Assembly (NCBI GenBank): GCA_001600815.1
Contig: BCKZ01000014.1
Location: forward strand, 310,001 to 374,000
Source of the DNA: Alloascoidea hylecoeti
Lineage: Eukaryota
Length of the DNA stretch: 64,000 nucleotides
Direction of reading: 5' to 3'
Shown: piece by piece, positions 59,459 through 64,000 of the stretch
How positions within the stretch are numbered: position 1 is the stretch's first letter
How the letters are laid out: every line of letters begins with the position of its first letter
Position numbers and translations under genes: made by a program
The notes under the pieces: model-generated
Database searches by the model: none
What the model saw: only the letters and a program-made list of their open reading frames with translations
Told to the model about the DNA's origin: nothing

Positions 59459-61918
59459 GTCGTCAACCATATAACTATTAGTTAGGTATGAAGTTATATG
59501 TTGCTCAATTAATGTCGATCAACAAAGAAGTATATCAGACCAGACCTTTCAAATTGTTTTATTCCAATCAACATCATCAAATGACATTCCGTTCTCTATA
59601 AACGAATTTTCAGGCCAGGATTCCTGGGTTTATTTTTAAATTTTTTTGATACTACATAGTATCAGTTGACTAGCTAGAGTTACTGTTTTTATTTCTCCCA
59701 ATCAAGCTACTGCGTTTGTTAATATCAAGAGTAAGAGGCTTTGATAGCATTCTTTTTATTTAATGTATAGGCATATCTATATATAGGGTTTAGTTGTTTT
59801 TGGATTATTTTCTTTCTGCTTAGGTTTCGTGATCATTTTCAAAACTTTGCAATTTCTAAAACTAGTGAATAATCTTTTTCGCTTAAACTTTATTTTAGAT
59901 CATAAATTCTATAATAATTATATATAGCATAATTATAAATATATTAGTTTAAAAACTTGAAGTTGTGGATAAAATATTGGACTCTACATGATTGAGAATC
60001 CCTTGATTTTGATCATGAAGTTCCAGTTTAATTGCATACAACGATATTAAAATCGTAGTATGTCCAAGAATATTAACTTAGCTTAGAGTTAGATGACCAT
60101 GCATATATATCTATGCAGAGATTAGTTGCGTTTAAAGAGCAAAAGGACGAATAAATAGAAATTGCATTCAATATTGTTACATTTTGTAATTGGAAACATT
60201 TTCTAATATATCATATCACAAACTATAACATTTAAATTTACTATCTAAGAATGGTCAGTATAAGTCTTATATGTCATATAATTAACATGGTTATACTTAA
60301 CTAGGGAATTCTAATACGCCCTTATGAACAATTAAACAGTCATGGATGCAGCATAACATATATTGATTAATATTATTGTCATATTAATAGTTAGAAGATA
60401 TTAATATCATCAATAAATGTTTACCAAGATACAATATATGCATTTTATAATCATAATTACATGATATTATATATATTAATATTATGTATAATATGAAGTT
60501 CTATTGTGAACTATTTATATGCAAGGTATAAATTCCAGTTATACCCAATTTGAATATATGCATATATATACATACAAACATGATCACAAGATTTACAGTG
60601 TTATATGAATAGTTGATAATAGTGATGATACTGTACGGATTTCTTGGTAATAACGCTAACAATGATTACTTTAAATGACTGTAGTTCATCGATTATTATT
60701 TATTTGTAGCACTAGCTTATTTACAAGTTCTTCGTATGATTTAGCTAATTAAAAGTTTACTAATTATGATCATGAATCATTGATGATCAACCTTTTAACG
60801 AACAATTTTTTGATCTTGCAATTGACCAATTGATTATAAAAGCAGCTGCAGGCATACATAAGTTTTTCAAGTTTAAAATTCGTTATAGATAACAAAATTT
60901 AAATTTAAAGAGTCATATAAATACGATAAAACTATTATTCAGTTATTGAAGTACTACTGGAACAAATTGTACAACGTTAACTTTATATATAAGCTGATAA
61001 TAATATATATTGTGGTTTTAATGATCTCGTATACATAGCTATAGAATAAGATACCCTTATTTCGTTCAATTGCAAATTGTAATACAAGATCAATATTTTA
61101 ACTACATTTATTTAAGATAATCCGATAGAGATGGTTATGGGTACTCTTAAGTTCCAATGGTTATAAAAGTTGATTTTTTAAATATAGACATAGCCATAAA
61201 ATTAAACTGATCATGATTAATATATGCAGTTGTAGATATAGATCATTCATATTAATTAATAAGGTAGGCATATAATCTTAAATGTAGATATTATATAGTC
61301 TATATAGGGCCATATTAAGTTATTAACCTATATCACTCAGATCTACGTATACATTAAACAATATCAGTATTTACGTATACGATTGATTTTCATACTGTAT
61401 CATATAAATTTAATAATTAAGTGACTTGAGCTCACTCTCAATATCTAGGTAATTGCAATACAATTGCATATGTACAGTGCAGTACATGTTCATACAATTG
61501 GAATTGGTATGTACTATGTATAACAATATCAATGGTAATCAATAAAAAAAACGTTAGGTAATATCTATCGCTCTATGGACGTTAACTATAGCAGTATTAT
61601 ACTACAGTTGCTAAAAATAATAGGGTATACCCAGGATATAGGATTTAAAAACTACAAGTTATAACTACTCTTATAAGGCCTTATTGCCATATAGTACATA
61701 GAAAATGTTGATAATATATCCACAGATATCGATAGATGGCAGATGCATAGATTTCAGATTATATAGCTATACGCGTTAATTTCAATTAACTCACTTGGTA
61801 TAAATTGTATACAGTAGTACATCGTAATTATTCAAAGAAATATCAAAAAAAAAAAAAGCATTCGAATCAATTATTTATAATTTTTTTATATTTTATTTTT
61901 TATTATCATTAATAATCA

Positions 61919-63655
61919 TTACTTATCATAAATTTGATATCTATGAGCATAATTAGCATAAGCATTAAATCTCACTTCAACAATTTCATTTTCAGGAAAT
62001 TTTAAATGTGGTATATCAGTTACAGAACAAGCCATTAAATAACCATATAAAACTCTTAAAACACACTCATCGGCAATTACTAATAAATCACCGGGCATTC
62101 TTTCCATTTCTAATATCAATGGTTCCATTCTAACAGCTACATCATGATATGATTCACCTCTTGGGAAAGGATGATGATATGGATTTTCTTCATGCTTTTT
62201 TAACTCATTGGGAAATTTTTCTTCAATTTCTGAATGCGTGAGACCTGCAACATCACCTTGATTTAAATCTTTCAATTGCGATTTTTGATTAATCGGTATT
62301 CCTTTCGATTCAAAGAATTGAGCTGTTTCACGGCTTTTTATACGTGTTGAAGTCCAAATAGCAAAATTAGTTTCTTCATCATTAATATTTTCCGGAGCTT
62401 TAGATTCAACCGGTGTTAATGATTCGGCAGATTTAGTAGATTTAGGATCAGTATAACTTTCATCAGTCACTGCTTTAATATCGTTAACATTTAAATCAAC
62501 ACTAACATCATTATCTAATTGTCGTTCTTCATTTCTTCTTTCTTCGAGTTTTTTTAATACTACCTCAGCGAGAGTTTTTGAATATTCAATTCCTTCATCA
62601 GATAGAGAGAAATCCGTTTTGATATTAGTAGAAGATTTGTCAGATGTAGTAGTATTGGCTTGTGGTTTTTCTGTTTCAACTTTTTCAACTTTTCCTTCTC
62701 TTGCAAAATAAACACATCCAGATTTGATTCTTGCATTCAGTAAATAAAAAACAATTCGATTTAATAAATACCCAAATGTTAAGTTATTAACAGTCATTTT
62801 TTGACCAAAATTAATAATCTTAATATAACTTAAAGATTCAGATTCTTTAATTTCTTGATAATCATTAATTTTTTTAGATATTCTAACTAAATAATTTTCA
62901 ACAGCTTTTTCAACATTCCAACCTTTATAATCTGGGCAAGTTCTAACTTGTTTAACATTTGATATAATAAGTTCAGGATCGGTTACTAAAGACTCGATAA
63001 ATAAGGTTCTGATGCTTTGTTTTCCAAATGTCTCCACTAATGACTTTCTTTCTGATTCTCTACCATTAATGGCATCAAATATAGCAACTTGACCGCCGTG
63101 TTCATTGAAAAATTTGGCCATGTCAGACATACATTCATCAAAGACTTTTTGGATGATAGATGTTGTTTCCTTGGATGGATTTACGGCAAAATATTCATCA
63201 CGCATATCATCATCACTTAAAAATCTTCTTCGGTAATCACCCATATGGAAGGGATGTGTTTTCACACCTAACCAGCGTAGATATCTTGTTAGTGATACAG
63301 TTAAATGTGTTTTCCCGCGCGCCGGCAAACCGACTAAAATAATACACAACCTCCCTGCGTGGAACAATCGTCCGGATTCCGTTAAGTAGGGTTGGGCCGG
63401 AGAGATATGATACGGAGATAAAGTATTATGAATAGCATCAACTTCAGTGTCATTTCTTCTTTTTATCTTCCTGGAAGAACTGTTTCCATCAATCTTCTCT
63501 AATGAAGTGTTAAGGGCCTCAAGTAGTGCGGGAGAAGGACGGGATGAAGTATTCAACGTAAGATCCCCGGATCCTAAGCCATTTTCCAAAGGTTTGAGGA
63601 CAGATGCACCCAATCCATATGTCAATTCAACCTCAAGACCATCCGAATCACTCAT
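61919..63655 (-). CDS. 6-phosphofructo-2-kinase/FBPase-like protein (YLR345W type)
   Basis: TESGRLFHAG, VGLPARGKT P-loop, FPRGESYHD; the phosphatase RHG motif reads REG. Confidence 0.85.
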   Translation of the reverse strand: MSDSDGLEVELTYGLGASVLKPLENGLGSGDLTLNTSSRPSPALLEALNTSLEKIDGNSSSRKIKRRNDTEVDAIHNTLSPYHISPAQPYLTESGRLFHAGRLCIILVGLPARGKTHLTVSLTRYLRWLGVKTHPFHMGDYRRRFLSDDDMRDEYFAVNPSKETTSIIQKVFDECMSDMAKFFNEHGGQVAIFDAINGRESERKSLVETFGKQSIRTLFIESLVTDPELIISNVKQVRTCPDYKGWNVEKAVENYLVRISKKINDYQEIKESESLSYIKIINFGQKMTVNNLTFGYLLNRIVFYLLNARIKSGCVYFAREGKVEKVETEKPQANTTTSDKSSTNIKTDFSLSDEGIEYSKTLAEVVLKKLEERRNEERQLDNDVSVDLNVNDIKAVTDESYTDPKSTKSAESLTPVESKAPENINDEETNFAIWTSTRIKSRETAQFFESKGIPINQKSQLKDLNQGDVAGLTHSEIEEKFPNELKKHEENPYHHPFPRGESYHDVAVRMEPLILEMERMPGDLLVIADECVLRVLYGYLMACSVTDIPHLKFPENEIVEVRFNAYANYAHRYQIYDK

Positions 63656-64000
63656 TTTGGAAGACGTGGATGTTCAGGAAGACGGTTTATATTTAGCAGG
63701 AGATTTAAACTTATAACATCTGACGTACGGGTGTTACAATTAGCATACGAATTTTGAATTTATCAGATTTAAAGAAATTAATTAAACAGAAATTAAGACA
63801 AACGATAAATAATACTAGTATTATGTTTACGGTTGAAATTGTAAATATAGTAAGATGTGAATATTGTAAAACATTAAGAGTATATATATCGTCTAAATAC
63901 TTTTAACCATTTTGTAATTGTGGTCATTTTGACTTCGCTAATTTTACTCGGCATCAACACCTCCTTTACGCTTGAGGATGGCCTTTCTGTCTTTATCGAG

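Noticed and set aside
61919..63655. Loss of the catalytic His (RHG to REG) as a novelty
   Set aside because: A degenerate phosphatase motif is expected for the YLR345W-type subfamily.
1..64000. CRISPR array or prokaryotic defence system
   Set aside because: Eukaryotic sequence; no regularly spaced repeat-spacer array seen.

Overview
Eukaryotic, AT-rich budding-yeast DNA. Short GT(A/G)NGN...YTAAC...AG introns and a retained CFIm25 gene suggest an early-branching, relatively intron-rich Saccharomycotina lineage. Bases 1-17,700 are an accessory cluster of four tandem copies of a head-to-head pair of distantly paralogous, intronless ~350-aa genes that I cannot assign to a known family ('A' on -, 'B' on +). 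Both types share the motifs FYT(V/I)S..YYE, SIADHELS..G.IHR and S(C/F)RG...GY, plus a C-terminal KSNLK...(K)xVxF tail resembling SILK+RVxF PP1-docking motifs. Each pair flanks a conserved bidirectional promoter, and units 2-4 are followed by a decayed third gene. A fifth B relic lies at ~43.5 kb. The cluster also holds a degenerate hexose-transporter paralog, a frameshifted RanBP1/Yrb1 paralog with myristoylation and PPxY motifs, ~91-bp solo LTRs, and a miniature non-coding LTR element (PBS+PPT) with a fold-back LTR inserted at the start codon of B4. Bases 18-36 kb and 44-64 kb are mostly core genes: GATA factor, ECM11, RPS17, ADA2, CFIm25, UTP6, RAD24, GRX3/4 (atypical CDLS site), INN1, KAP95, CAX4 and a YLR345W-like gene. 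Bases 36-43 kb carry LINE and copia relics, tRNA-Asp, a tRNA-like head fused to a LINE fragment, and a 4-exon YCII gene missed by the ORF track. All family calls are by eye; no database search was run.
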